In this document: positions 1 to 7,832 of the stretch, in pieces
How the letters are laid out: the number at the start of each line of letters is the position of its first letter
How positions within the stretch are numbered: the stretch's first letter is position 1
DNA from: a virus
Lineage: Duplodnaviria; Heunggongvirae; Uroviricota; Caudoviricetes
Reading direction: 5' to 3' (one strand)
Length of the DNA stretch: 32,357 nt
Virus record (IMG/VR): IMGVR_UViG_2675903665_000002
Notes under the pieces: model-generated
Database searches by the model: none
What the model was told of the DNA's origin: nothing
Seen by the model: the letters and a program-made list of their open reading frames with translations, nothing else
Made by a program: the position numbers and the translations under genes

Positions 1-409
1 CTTCCTCTTCCTCTTCCTCTGGTAACTCCTTTTGTAACGCTGTTGGCGTTACTTTTTGCGTTACTCGTTTTCGATGCTCTGCCACTCTTCTATTCGTAAG
101 TGCACGTTTTTTCGATGATTCTCCATTGTGTCGCTCAAAGTTTGGAAGAATTAGTTTGCCGTCATGATAAGCAAGCCATCCGACGCTAATGAGGGCGTCA
201 GCAAATCCTGTAATAAAAGCGAGTCTATCAAGTACTCCTTTTGTAACGCTGCCAGCGTTACCGTCTATTGTTTGCTGGTCAGCCCATGCCCATATACGAA
301 CCAGCTTTCCAAGAACAGCATCTGGATCAATACCCAGAATTTCTGCTATCTGAAAAATTTCAGGTTTATCAGGAGTGATAACTTCAACCTTAATCCAGCT
401 GCTTGCCAT
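1..409 (-). CDS. Replication initiation protein, O-like, N-terminal part; gene wraps the window junction and continues at 31910..32357
   Basis: ATG at 409-407 preceded by GAGGGG SD. Hand translation MASSWIKVEVITPDKPEIFQIAEILGIDPDAVLG... runs into a poly-Glu linker at positions 2-19. Reading frame is continuous with ORF 31910..32302 through the duplicated 26 nt. Sits immediately upstream of the lambda P-like gene. Confidence 0.7.
   Translation of the reverse strand, partial: MASSWIKVEVITPDKPEIFQIAEILGIDPDAVLGKLVRIWAWADQQTIDGNAGSVTKGVLDRLAFITGFADALISVGWLAYHDGKLILPNFERHNGESSKKRALTNRRVAEHRKRVTQKVTPTALQKELPEEEEEE
27..66. repeat. Candidate origin iteron copy 1 (TCCTTTTGTAACGCTGttgGCGTTAC) plus tandem GCGTTACT x2
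   Basis: A 26-mer at 27-52 recurs at 237-262 with 3 mismatches. It contains inverted arms GTAACGC/GCGTTAC. The two copies lie in different protein contexts inside the O-like gene, so conservation is at DNA level. Confidence 0.45.
237..263. repeat. Candidate origin iteron copy 2 (perfect 19-bp palindrome GTAACGCTGcCAGCGTTAC)
   Basis: Second copy of the 26-mer, about 210 bp from copy 1 and inside the O-like coding region, analogous to lambda ori lying within gene O. Confidence 0.45.
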
Positions 410-602
410 AGGTTTCCCCTCTTGCACTCTTTAGTGCACAAGCAAATTCATTACGATGGCGGTTGGCGCTATTCATTGCACATTCAACACATGTTCCGTT
501 CAGAACATACCTTTCAGAGAGATGGCCGTGACGGCACCGCTTTCCTGTGAAATAGCGATTTAACCCGGCTTTTGCGGCCTCCATTCTGGTTACTATCTTC
601 AA
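390..602 (-). CDS. Small Cys/His-rich (zinc-finger-like) protein between the Cro-like gene and the replication genes
   Basis: 70-aa ORF with CRHGH...CVEC motif. TTG start at 602 with AGGGG SD about 8 nt upstream (alternative ATG at 584). Its end overlaps the O-like start. Confidence 0.45.
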   Translation of the reverse strand: MKIVTRMEAAKAGLNRYFTGKRCRHGHLSERYVLNGTCVECAMNSANRHRNEFACALKSARGETYGKQLD

Positions 603-750
603 TTTTTCCGCCCCTTTTTGTTATTGATATTGGCTATTTTGCACAATTGGAAAATTTGATCAACCAGATTTGGTTTTTTATTACCTTTGAGGTACGAATA
701 GATATGAAAAGACCGCCGGGTGGCGGTCTACAGAGGGGTGTGGCTGGATA

Positions 751-981
751 TCATGAGTAGAAGAAGTATGCCAGTTCTGCTTTTGAGCGCAGCCATTGTC
801 TTGTTTTACAGGCTTTAAAAAGCCCATTCATCAATACTTTACCTGGCATTTTGCGCTTACCTGTTAAGTGAGTCTGGATATAGTGACTCGTCGTTCCGGC
901 TTCCTGTGCGAAGGCTTCACGCTCATCCGGAGTAAGTGCAAGCCAGTGCTTTTTGAAATCGAAATGTCCGTTATCGCTCAT
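751..981 (-). CDS. Cro-like small HTH DNA-binding regulator
   Basis: 76 aa with a helix-turn-helix-like segment (EAFAQEAGTTSHYIQTHLTGKR). Divergent from the repressor-like gene across an operator cluster. Confidence 0.6.
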   Translation of the reverse strand: MSDNGHFDFKKHWLALTPDEREAFAQEAGTTSHYIQTHLTGKRKMPGKVLMNGLFKACKTRQWLRSKAELAYFFYS

Positions 982-1017
982 AGCTATTGCCTGATATTTA
1001 TTTCAGATAATAAATAT

Positions 1018-1080
1018 TCACCCATAAGGTAACAAAAATCAAGGATAGTTACCCATGAGGTGCATTTACCTGTTGGGTAA
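1018..1080. promoter_or_regulatory. Divergent immunity-region operator cluster: three sites matching TTACC-N5-GGTAA
   Basis: TCACCcataaGGTAA at 1018-1032 (9/10), TTACCcatgaGGTGC at 1049-1063 (8/10), TTACCtgttgGGTAA at 1066-1080 (10/10). Lies between divergent genes 751..981 (-) and 1136..1720 (+). Confidence 0.7.
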
Positions 1081-1135
1081 TATTGCTTTAAATTGAATCA
1101 TCTACTGATTCATATATGAGGCGATTTTCCAGAAA

Positions 1136-1720
1136 ATGAAAAGTATCCAGGACGTCCGCAGGCAAAATCTCAACGACTTGATCGACCGTGAATTCAATGG
1201 TGTTCAGACGCGGATGGCAGAAAAACTTGGAACTCAGGCAAATCTGGTAAACCGCTGGGCTCTTGGCAAGAAGGTTATCGGCGACCAGGTTGCGCGAAAA
1301 ATTGAAGCTGCCGCCAATAAACCACGTAACTGGCTTGATATCGATCGCTCGCTTTCTCAGGAAGGTTTTCAGCCTGTCGGCCCAAGCGACATTGGTCAGC
1401 TGGCGGCTCACAACCTGGAACGCTGGATGAGCGAAAGCCGCGACCTTTCAACTCAGGGAAAACTTCACCGCGCATCCGGCGTCGCCCAGGTGACAATCAG
1501 CCGCCTGTTAAACAATGAGGTCAGTGTTTCCATTTCCACCCTGGAGAATGTTGCATCAGCATTCGGGCGTCACGGCTATGAATTACTGATTCACCCGCAC
1601 GACCCTGCGACCATCAACTATGACCGCTCGCGCTACGCATTGTTACCCGAAACCGAGAAAGCAAAGATCGAAAGTTACATTGAATTTGTCATCAACCAGA
1701 ACGAAAAAAACAAACAATAA
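1136..1720 (+). CDS. Phage repressor-like protein with two tandem XRE-type HTH domains; no LexA-like S24 peptidase domain recognised
   Basis: 194 aa. HTH-like segments near residues 20-60 and 110-150. No obvious SD upstream of the ATG, so possibly leaderless like lambda cI. Followed by an intrinsic terminator. Confidence 0.65.
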   Translation: MKSIQDVRRQNLNDLIDREFNGVQTRMAEKLGTQANLVNRWALGKKVIGDQVARKIEAAANKPRNWLDIDRSLSQEGFQPVGPSDIGQLAAHNLERWMSESRDLSTQGKLHRASGVAQVTISRLLNNEVSVSISTLENVASAFGRHGYELLIHPHDPATINYDRSRYALLPETEKAKIESYIEFVINQNEKNKQ

Positions 1721-1740
1721 AATCATATTTTTCAGTAAGT

Positions 1741-1768
1741 AAGCCGCCTTCTGGCGGCTTTTTTATTG
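1741..1768 (+). terminator. Rho-independent terminator after the repressor-like gene
   Basis: Hairpin AAGCCGCC-ttct-GGCGGCTT followed by a T-run. Confidence 0.75.
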
Positions 1769-1777
1769 CCTATACTA

Positions 1778-1854
1778 TTACCTAATGGGTAATTTTTTTA
1801 ACTCATATCTATTGACATCAAACCAAATACGCATAATTATTACCTCAACGGTAA
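1778..1854 (+). promoter_or_regulatory. Early-left promoter (TTGACA 1812-1817, -10-like TAATTA/AATTAT about 1834-1840) flanked by two perfect operators
   Basis: TTACCtaatgGGTAA at 1778-1792 and TTACCtcaacGGTAA at 1840-1854; the second overlaps the -10/+1 region. Confidence 0.65.
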
Positions 1855-1873
1855 CAGACCGAGGTAACAAGTT

Positions 1874-2026
1874 ATGCAGTGGAAAATCATCAACGGTTGG
1901 TACTGCGTTACTGCATGCGGATTCATGAGCTGGAAGTTCCGCACCTTACAGGAAGGCATTAAGTGGGCTTTCGTCAGCAAAGAAGCTCGCGATGTGGCCA
2001 ACGATAACGAGATATGGGAGGGCTGA
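1874..2026 (+). CDS. Small hypothetical protein (50 aa), first ORF of the early-left operon
   Basis: ATG at 1874 with GAGGT SD 8 nt upstream. Below the size cutoff of the ORF track; found by hand translation. Confidence 0.3.
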   Translation: MQWKIINGWYCVTACGFMSWKFRTLQEGIKWAFVSKEARDVANDNEIWEG

Positions 2027-2028
2027 TA

Positions 2029-2328
2029 ATGAACGTTAATCAGCAGAAAAATCTTCAAAAAATCATGCTGGCATTCGACAAGGACTACCGCCTGTCAGAA
2101 CAGCTATATGACCGACAAGTTGAACTGATCGAGAGCATCCGGCTTCATCAACTGGCCTCAACTTTCGACGCTGTAACAGGTAAAGGCGTTCGCCAGGAAG
2201 TACTGGAGGCCGCTAAAGACAGTCCAGAGTTCGAAGAACTGATGGATTCCTACCGGCGAGAGGCAATGGCAATTATCGCCCGCTGGGATCTGGCGGATCA
2301 GCTTGATGGGCAGAGGGACGCGGCATGA
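2029..2328 (+). CDS. Hypothetical early protein
   Basis: ORF 2014..2328; likely start MNVNQQK at 2029 after GGGAGG. Its stop overlaps the next start (ATGA). Confidence 0.5.
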   Translation: MNVNQQKNLQKIMLAFDKDYRLSEQLYDRQVELIESIRLHQLASTFDAVTGKGVRQEVLEAAKDSPEFEELMDSYRREAMAIIARWDLADQLDGQRDAA

Positions 2329-3146
2329 AACCGGGAATTTATTTCGACATCAGCAACGAAGACTACCACGCCGGTGACGGCGTGAGTAAGTCGCAACTGG
2401 ACATGGTTGCCAAGAATCCGGCGCTTCTTAAATGGGTTCAGGCAGCACCAGAAGACGAAGAGAAAAAGTCTGCACTGGATATGGGAACCGCATTGCACTG
2501 TCTGCTTCTGGAGCCTGGAGAGTTCGACAAACGCTTCATTGTTTCACCGAAATTCGATCGTCGGACGAAACAAGGTAAAGCTGACGAAGAGGCATTTCTT
2601 CGTGATATTGCGGATATGGGGATTTCGGTACTTGATGCAGAGCAGTGGCGGAAACTGGAGCTGATGCGTGATAGCGCAATGGCTCACCCGGCGGCACGCT
2701 GGATGTTGGAAGCTCCTGGTTACTGCGAAGCATCAATGTACTGGAACGATGAAGAGACTGGTGAGTTGTGCCGCATTCGTCCAGACAAATGGCTGAACGA
2801 GCACAACGTGATCGTCGACGTGAAAAAGGTTGCAGATATGGACCGTTTTGCACGCCACATCGAGGAATTCCGCTACCACGTGCAGGACGCAATGTACCGC
2901 GAAGGCGCAATGAGGGTTACTGGTCAGCCGCATGGTTTTTTCTTTCTTGCCGTGAGCGAAAGCATTGATTGTGGTCGGTATCCGGTACGCGTGTTCGAGC
3001 TGGATGAGCCGGATGTCGATGCCGGGCACGCTCTGTTCCGCCGGGATCTGAATACCTATCACGAATGCCGCATCAACGATGAATGGGGCGGAGTGGAAAT
3101 TATTAAACGCCCTGACTGGGCACGTAAACAGGATATGTACGTATGA
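2325..3146 (+). CDS. RecE-like 5'-3' exonuclease, PD-(D/E)XK fold
   Basis: 273 aa with a D...(E/D)xK-like motif (RPDK...VIVDVKK). Translationally coupled to the downstream annealing protein, the typical exo/annealase pair. Confidence 0.6.
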   Translation: MKPGIYFDISNEDYHAGDGVSKSQLDMVAKNPALLKWVQAAPEDEEKKSALDMGTALHCLLLEPGEFDKRFIVSPKFDRRTKQGKADEEAFLRDIADMGISVLDAEQWRKLELMRDSAMAHPAARWMLEAPGYCEASMYWNDEETGELCRIRPDKWLNEHNVIVDVKKVADMDRFARHIEEFRYHVQDAMYREGAMRVTGQPHGFFFLAVSESIDCGRYPVRVFELDEPDVDAGHALFRRDLNTYHECRINDEWGGVEIIKRPDWARKQDMYV

Positions 3147-4024
3147 GCAATGATATCGCAATCACATCACAACCAGGCGCAACTGTAGGCACTGCTGCGG
3201 CAATCTTCAGCCCCGAGGGCATGAATCAACTGGTGCGTTTCGCGGAGTTGATGTCACAAAGCAAAGCGACTGTACCGAAACATCTTGAAGGCAAACCTGC
3301 CGATTGTCTGGCGGTGACCATGCAGGCGGCACAGTGGGGAATGAACCCTTTCGCCGTGGCGCAGAAAACGCATGTGGTAAACGGAACGTTAGGCTACGAA
3401 GCACAGTTGGTAAACGCGGTCGTATCCTCTTCCAGCCTGCTGGCGACACGCCTGAATTATCGCTGGAGCGGTGACTGGTCGAATGTTAACGGCAAAACAG
3501 ATAAATCACCGAATCTGACGGTAACTGTGTCAGCAGTTCTTAAAGGAGAAGCAGAACCCCGTGAGCTTACCATCAGTATGGCGCAAGCCGGAGTGCGTAA
3601 CTCTCCATTGTGGGAACAGGATCCGCGCCAGCAGCTTGCCTATCTTTGCACGAAACGATGGGCTCGCCTGCACGCTCCTGATGTGCTTCTCGGTGTTTAC
3701 ACCCCTGACGAATTACAGGAAACGGCACCGCGCGTTGAGCGAGACATTACTCCGCAAACAACTACTGCTGCGGGAATGAACAGTCTGATCAACGCTAAAC
3801 CAGTGAAAAAGCCTGATGAGCAAACTCGTAAAGCGGATAGCCGTGATCCAGAAGAAATGCTGATGGCCTTTACCAGCGCAGCGATGAATTACAGCACTGT
3901 CTCCGAACTGGATAAGGCTTACAAATACATTGCACAAAAACTTTCAGATGATGACGAACTGCTGGCAAAAGCCACCGACGTTTACAGCGTTCGTCGGGAA
4001 GAATTAAACGAAACATCTATGTAA
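3143..4024 (+). CDS. Single-strand annealing protein, RecT/Red-beta (Bet) family
   Basis: 293 aa. Segment ...WARLHAPDVLLGVYTPDE...ERDITP... resembles the lambda Bet region as remembered. Positioned next to the exonuclease. Confidence 0.75.
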   Translation: MSNDIAITSQPGATVGTAAAIFSPEGMNQLVRFAELMSQSKATVPKHLEGKPADCLAVTMQAAQWGMNPFAVAQKTHVVNGTLGYEAQLVNAVVSSSSLLATRLNYRWSGDWSNVNGKTDKSPNLTVTVSAVLKGEAEPRELTISMAQAGVRNSPLWEQDPRQQLAYLCTKRWARLHAPDVLLGVYTPDELQETAPRVERDITPQTTTAAGMNSLINAKPVKKPDEQTRKADSRDPEEMLMAFTSAAMNYSTVSELDKAYKYIAQKLSDDDELLAKATDVYSVRREELNETSM

Positions 4025-4073
4025 CCACCACCGCGGCGCCACGTGCGCCGCACTGCAACCAAGAGAGGTATTT

Positions 4074-4322
4074 ATGAAAGGTGCATTAGGTAAGAAGGAA
4101 CTCCTGGCGGTGGTGCCACTGTCATGGAGCACTATCGACCGTATGGAGCGCGCAGGTGAATTTCCTAAACGCTGGTATATCACTGACAAACGCTGCGCAT
4201 GGAACCGTGACGAAGTTGAGCGTTGGCTTGATGAACGTCAGGCAGCAAGCCCGGCAGAGTTCCAGGGTAAAAAACCTCCTGTTCAGCAACGTGTATATCG
4301 TCCCGTGAGCAACGCTGCATGA
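4074..4322 (+). CDS. AlpA-family phage transcriptional regulator / excisionase-like HTH protein
   Basis: 82 aa; motif LSWSTIDRMERAGEFPKRWYITDKRCAWNRDEVERWL is typical of AlpA/Xis-like proteins. Confidence 0.7.
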   Translation: MKGALGKKELLAVVPLSWSTIDRMERAGEFPKRWYITDKRCAWNRDEVERWLDERQAASPAEFQGKKPPVQQRVYRPVSNAA

Positions 4323-4431
4323 GTGCGCTGCTAAGGCACTGGATCAAATGGTCAGGATGGTACTTATTCCTGGCCTCTGTTTCAGCATGGCTTTATCTGC
4401 TGGCATTAATTTTCAGAGAGGGTTGGATTAA

Positions 4432-4731
4432 GTGAGAAAGTTAAGCCGACTTGAAAAATATCACATGAATAAGGTTTCAATGCGCAGTCCGTCAAAGATT
4501 GTCGCCGTTACTCCTGCGGCGATAGAGATCGAAAAACGCGCGATTGAAAGAGAGAAAAAAGGGCAGTTCCGCATTGCCGCTCACCTTTGGCTTCAGTGTA
4601 TGGATGTTGCTTCTGGTGATGTTGAGCGTGCAAGGATCGCGGTTCGCAGGGACCAATGTATCACAAAAGGTAACGGCCTTCGCCGTGGAGACTATAGCGG
4701 TATAGGATGTTGCGGGGTGGTTTATGACTAA
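4432..4731 (+). CDS. Hypothetical protein; overlaps the methyltransferase start
   Basis: 99-aa ORF with an 8-nt overlap with the downstream gene. Start uncertain (alternative ATG at 4462). Confidence 0.4.
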   Translation: MRKLSRLEKYHMNKVSMRSPSKIVAVTPAAIEIEKRAIEREKKGQFRIAAHLWLQCMDVASGDVERARIAVRRDQCITKGNGLRRGDYSGIGCCGVVYD

Positions 4732-5374
4732 GAAATACACACTAATCTATGCAGATCCACCCTGGGTATACCGGGACAAAGCCGCAGATGGTAATCGCGG
4801 TGCCAGTTTTAAATATCCGGTTATGAGTGTGATGGATATCTGCCGCCTTCCTGTGTGGGATTTGGCCGATGAAAACTGTCTGTTGGCCATGTGGTGGGTG
4901 CCAACACAACCACTCGAAGCGCTAAAAGTTGTTGAAGCCTGGGGATTCCGTCTGATGACCATGAAGGGCTTCACGTGGATAAAATGTGGTAGTCGACAAC
5001 CAGATAAACTGGTTATGGGTATGGGGCACATGACTCGCGCCAATAGTGAAGATTGCCTGTTTGCGGTAAAGGGAAAACTACCTACGCGCATTAATGCAGG
5101 GATCGTTCAGTCATTTACCGCACCGCGGCTTGAGCATTCAAGAAAACCAGATATCGTTCGTGAAAAACTTGTGCAATTGTTAGGCGATGTTTCTCGCATT
5201 GAACTGTTCGCCAGACAGACGTCTCATGGCTTCGATGTTTGGGGTAATCAGTGCGAAGACCCGGCAGTGCAACTACACCCTGGATACGCGTTGGATATTG
5301 CCGGATTAACAAATGCATTCAGCAATGCTCCGCTGTCACCAACAGACAACCAGGGGCGGGAGCGTGCAGCATGA
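4724..5374 (+). CDS. DNA N6-adenine methyltransferase, MT-A70-like
   Basis: 216 aa with the DPPW catalytic motif (IYADPPWVY) near the N-terminus. Confidence 0.8.
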   Translation: MTKKYTLIYADPPWVYRDKAADGNRGASFKYPVMSVMDICRLPVWDLADENCLLAMWWVPTQPLEALKVVEAWGFRLMTMKGFTWIKCGSRQPDKLVMGMGHMTRANSEDCLFAVKGKLPTRINAGIVQSFTAPRLEHSRKPDIVREKLVQLLGDVSRIELFARQTSHGFDVWGNQCEDPAVQLHPGYALDIAGLTNAFSNAPLSPTDNQGRERAA

Positions 5375-5619
5375 AGCAGATTATGGTTGCACACAACGGC
5401 GTCAGGTTTGAAGTCGTCATGGTTTTGACTAAGTACCGCAATGATGAGGTATTGCAGAGAAAAGAAACTGTAACTTACCGTTATAAACACCGAAGTTCAG
5501 CTGTTAGAAGATTACGGAAGATTACGGAAGAGCTAAAAAATGATCCTCATCGTGTTATTGAGGTAAAAGGCAACCCATATAAAATCACAACTTCAGTGGA
5601 GCTAAGACATATGCAATAA
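5371..5619 (+). CDS. Small hypothetical protein translationally coupled to the methyltransferase
   Basis: ATG overlaps the methyltransferase stop (ATGA). 82 aa. Contains a perfect tandem 10-nt duplication (ATTACGGAAG x2 at 5511-5530). Confidence 0.45.
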   Translation: MKQIMVAHNGVRFEVVMVLTKYRNDEVLQRKETVTYRYKHRSSAVRRLRKITEELKNDPHRVIEVKGNPYKITTSVELRHMQ

Positions 5620-5943
5620 AATCACGCCTGACGAATCGCGATTATCTCGCTATTGGTATTGCAGAGATTGCTGGACTCAGTGGCGCATGATTTGACAATG
5701 CCGCCAGAGCTATCGCATACTGACCGCACTAGAACTTCAAAGCGGTCACCCGCACCCGATAGCTTTGCGGCTTTTTTATGCCTGCAATTTGGCATAGTCA
5801 CATCCGTACAAAGGTCGGGTGGAGAGGCGTAATACAATACCCAAAAGGGGAATATGCCCGGAGCGTCTTTGAAGGCTCTAGTTGACACCCGATCACCAGC
5901 TACTAACTGGTGATTGCTAACTAAAACTTCAAAGGAGGTCATC

Positions 5944-6594
5944 ATGACCAGTCAACTCATCCCCGTATTCAACGGCACTATATCCAACGAAACCGCTCTT
6001 CTCGTTAATGCCCGTGATTTACACACTTTCCTCGATGTGGGTAAGCGATTTGCTTCGTGGATTGTCGAACGAATTGCTGAATATGGTTTCGTTGAAAATC
6101 AAGACTTTATGATTATTTCCCAAGTTCGGGAAAAAATAGGCAGAGGCCGTCCTGCAAAAGACTACCACCTAACCCTCGATACAGCCAAAGAGCTGGCGAT
6201 GGTCGAGCGTAACGAAAAAGGTCGTCAGGTACGACGCTACTTCATTGAATGCGAGAAACGTTTAAGACAACAAGAAACAAAAGTGGAGAAGGTCTTGTCA
6301 GGCTTCATGCCCGCCATTATGGAGGCGATCAAGCTGGAAGACAAAAAAGAATACAGCGCCCCACTGAAGCCCGGCTACCGCAGCCTGATTCACTCGCCGT
6401 CTGGTGTTCTTGGCCTGACGGAGAACTCACTGCTGATGAATCTGCTGAACCAGTTACAGGAAGACGGGCACGACGTATCGGGCGCGGCGGCGGAGCTGAC
6501 CACCATGTTCTGCTACATCGTTGGTGTGAGCAAATGCCTGCGTGATATCCAGACGCACGCGGAGTACATCAACGACAAGGCAGGGTTCTTCTGA
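5944..6594 (+). CDS. Phage antirepressor (Bro-N/AntA-like N-terminal domain)
   Basis: Perfect AGGAGG SD 7 nt upstream of ATG 5944. N-terminal region resembles the AntA/Bro-N antirepressor fold (...ARDLHTFLDVGKRFASWIVERIAEYGFVENQDF...). Confidence 0.7.
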   Translation: MTSQLIPVFNGTISNETALLVNARDLHTFLDVGKRFASWIVERIAEYGFVENQDFMIISQVREKIGRGRPAKDYHLTLDTAKELAMVERNEKGRQVRRYFIECEKRLRQQETKVEKVLSGFMPAIMEAIKLEDKKEYSAPLKPGYRSLIHSPSGVLGLTENSLLMNLLNQLQEDGHDVSGAAAELTTMFCYIVGVSKCLRDIQTHAEYINDKAGFF

Positions 6595-6640
6595 CAGAAC
6601 GGCGGCACAGGGATGTGCCTTTAAATAATTCTGTACAGAT

Positions 6641-6682
6641 TGCAGACTGTGGGTGAATAGCGTACTATTACCTTAAAGGTAA
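6641..6682 (+). promoter_or_regulatory. Promoter-like element with perfect operator upstream of the AT-rich two-gene operon
   Basis: TTGCAG at 6641-6646, 16-nt spacer, TACTAT at 6663-6668, then TTACCttaaaGGTAA at 6668-6682. Confidence 0.55.
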
Positions 6683-6724
6683 ACCTGTTTTTATTTTATA
6701 CCTGTAACTTACCGGAGATTAAAG

Positions 6725-7051
6725 ATGACAAAACTTGGATTCGTGATGAGAGGTCCGGTAAGAAGCGGAACTCATGCAAAGCGTAGCAAGAGTCGTATTT
6801 TTACTGGTAAGGTTGTAGCACGTAAATCAGCTATTGGCTCGTTCAATAGTGAAAATGCGGCATTGCGCCATATTTTTATCAGCACAAAGCCAAGAGCATC
6901 CGCTGATGTGCATACAATGTCTATTCCTATCACAAAGAATATAAAGCGGATAAAAAAGCTCTCATCTGCAGAATCAAAAGAGATATCTTTCCGCCAGCTT
7001 AACTCATTAGAAACGCATATGAAGGAAGAGGAATTCGATGTTTTTGAGTGA
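6725..7051 (+). CDS. Hypothetical small basic protein (108 aa), first gene of an AT-rich accessory pair
   Basis: GGAG SD 8 nt upstream of the ATG. AT-rich relative to flanking phage genes, with several AGA and ATA codons. Stop overlaps the start of the next gene. Confidence 0.6.
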   Translation: MTKLGFVMRGPVRSGTHAKRSKSRIFTGKVVARKSAIGSFNSENAALRHIFISTKPRASADVHTMSIPITKNIKRIKKLSSAESKEISFRQLNSLETHMKEEEFDVFE

Positions 7052-7550
7052 GTATAGCGGGAAGGTTATACCTACTGGTGAGTTTAAAACTGATGACTTT
7101 CTGATTTCGCTAAAAGATGCTTTTAAACAACACTGGCGTCATGGTCATCATCCTGATCTGGGAAAAGATACTCTTTTTGAAAGACCAGAGGAAGTATTAG
7201 GCTTCCATCTCAGAAAGGTTCATGTCAATATTGGTGAATATGCATCATATTCATACTCATGTACTGAACAGTGTTGGGATGAGTGGTCATATGGATTGAT
7301 TGATGAACAAGGAAATTACAGGCCAAAACCAACCAGTAACGCATATCTCATATATGCAGTCAATGAAATAAGAGATGCAGCCTTACTAGCTTATTGGGAC
7401 CCGCCCGCACACACCAAAGCTAACGCAAAAGTTTGGATGGATTCCGTATTGAATTTCACAAAATTATTTCATGAACGAACGAATACAGCTCCACTTAGTA
7501 GAAATGTTTATCCGTGGGATTATTCGTACAAATCCAAAAAGCCTGCATAG
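7038..7550 (+). CDS. Hypothetical protein (170 aa), second gene of the AT-rich accessory pair
   Basis: ATG 7038 with GAGG SD; overlaps the upstream gene by 14 nt. No family recognised. Confidence 0.6.
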   Translation: MFLSEYSGKVIPTGEFKTDDFLISLKDAFKQHWRHGHHPDLGKDTLFERPEEVLGFHLRKVHVNIGEYASYSYSCTEQCWDEWSYGLIDEQGNYRPKPTSNAYLIYAVNEIRDAALLAYWDPPAHTKANAKVWMDSVLNFTKLFHERTNTAPLSRNVYPWDYSYKSKKPA

Positions 7551-7631
7551 TAGTTTTTTATGGACGAAACAAAAGTCAGTGCTACACTCATTGACGCCAC
7601 ATTGAGGTGGTTTATAGATGGAAATTTCACA

Positions 7632-7793
7632 ATGAAAAAAGCATTTGCTGCACTGTTCGTTTTGTTGTCTCTGGTAGCTTCAACTCAGGCCTTTGCCGGT
7701 CGTTGTCAGCACGACAGCGACACTGCTGCTGACGGCTCCCGCTGCGGTGGGCGTTCTGCGGATTCCCGCCCGGGTGGCGGTGGCATTCGTTAA
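7632..7793 (+). CDS. Small secreted Gly-rich protein (53 aa) with N-terminal signal peptide
   Basis: MKKAFAALFVLLSLVASTQAFA signal-like N-terminus. ORF-track start at 7560 is probably too far upstream. Weak RBS. Confidence 0.4.
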   Translation: MKKAFAALFVLLSLVASTQAFAGRCQHDSDTAADGSRCGGRSADSRPGGGGIR

Positions 7794-7815
7794 AAACAAG
7801 GCCGCGAAAGCGGCC
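7791..7815 (-). terminator. Intrinsic terminator closing the long - strand structural operon
   Basis: GGCCGC-GAAA-GCGGCC hairpin; on the - strand it is followed by TTGTTTTTA. Confidence 0.65.
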
Positions 7816-7816
7816 T

Positions 7817-7832
7817 GTGACATGTCACACTA
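7817..7832. repeat. 16-mer GTGACATGTCACACTA, copy 1 (palindromic core TGTGACATGTCACA)
   Basis: Identical 16-mer recurs at 27852-27867. Both copies sit at a gene stop next to a - strand terminator, at the two boundaries of the structural operon. Confidence 0.6.

Noticed and set aside
164-760. + strand ORFs 164..550 and 572..760
   Set aside because: Antisense to the O-like and Zn-finger genes, which have SDs, coupling and family resemblance; no RBS support.
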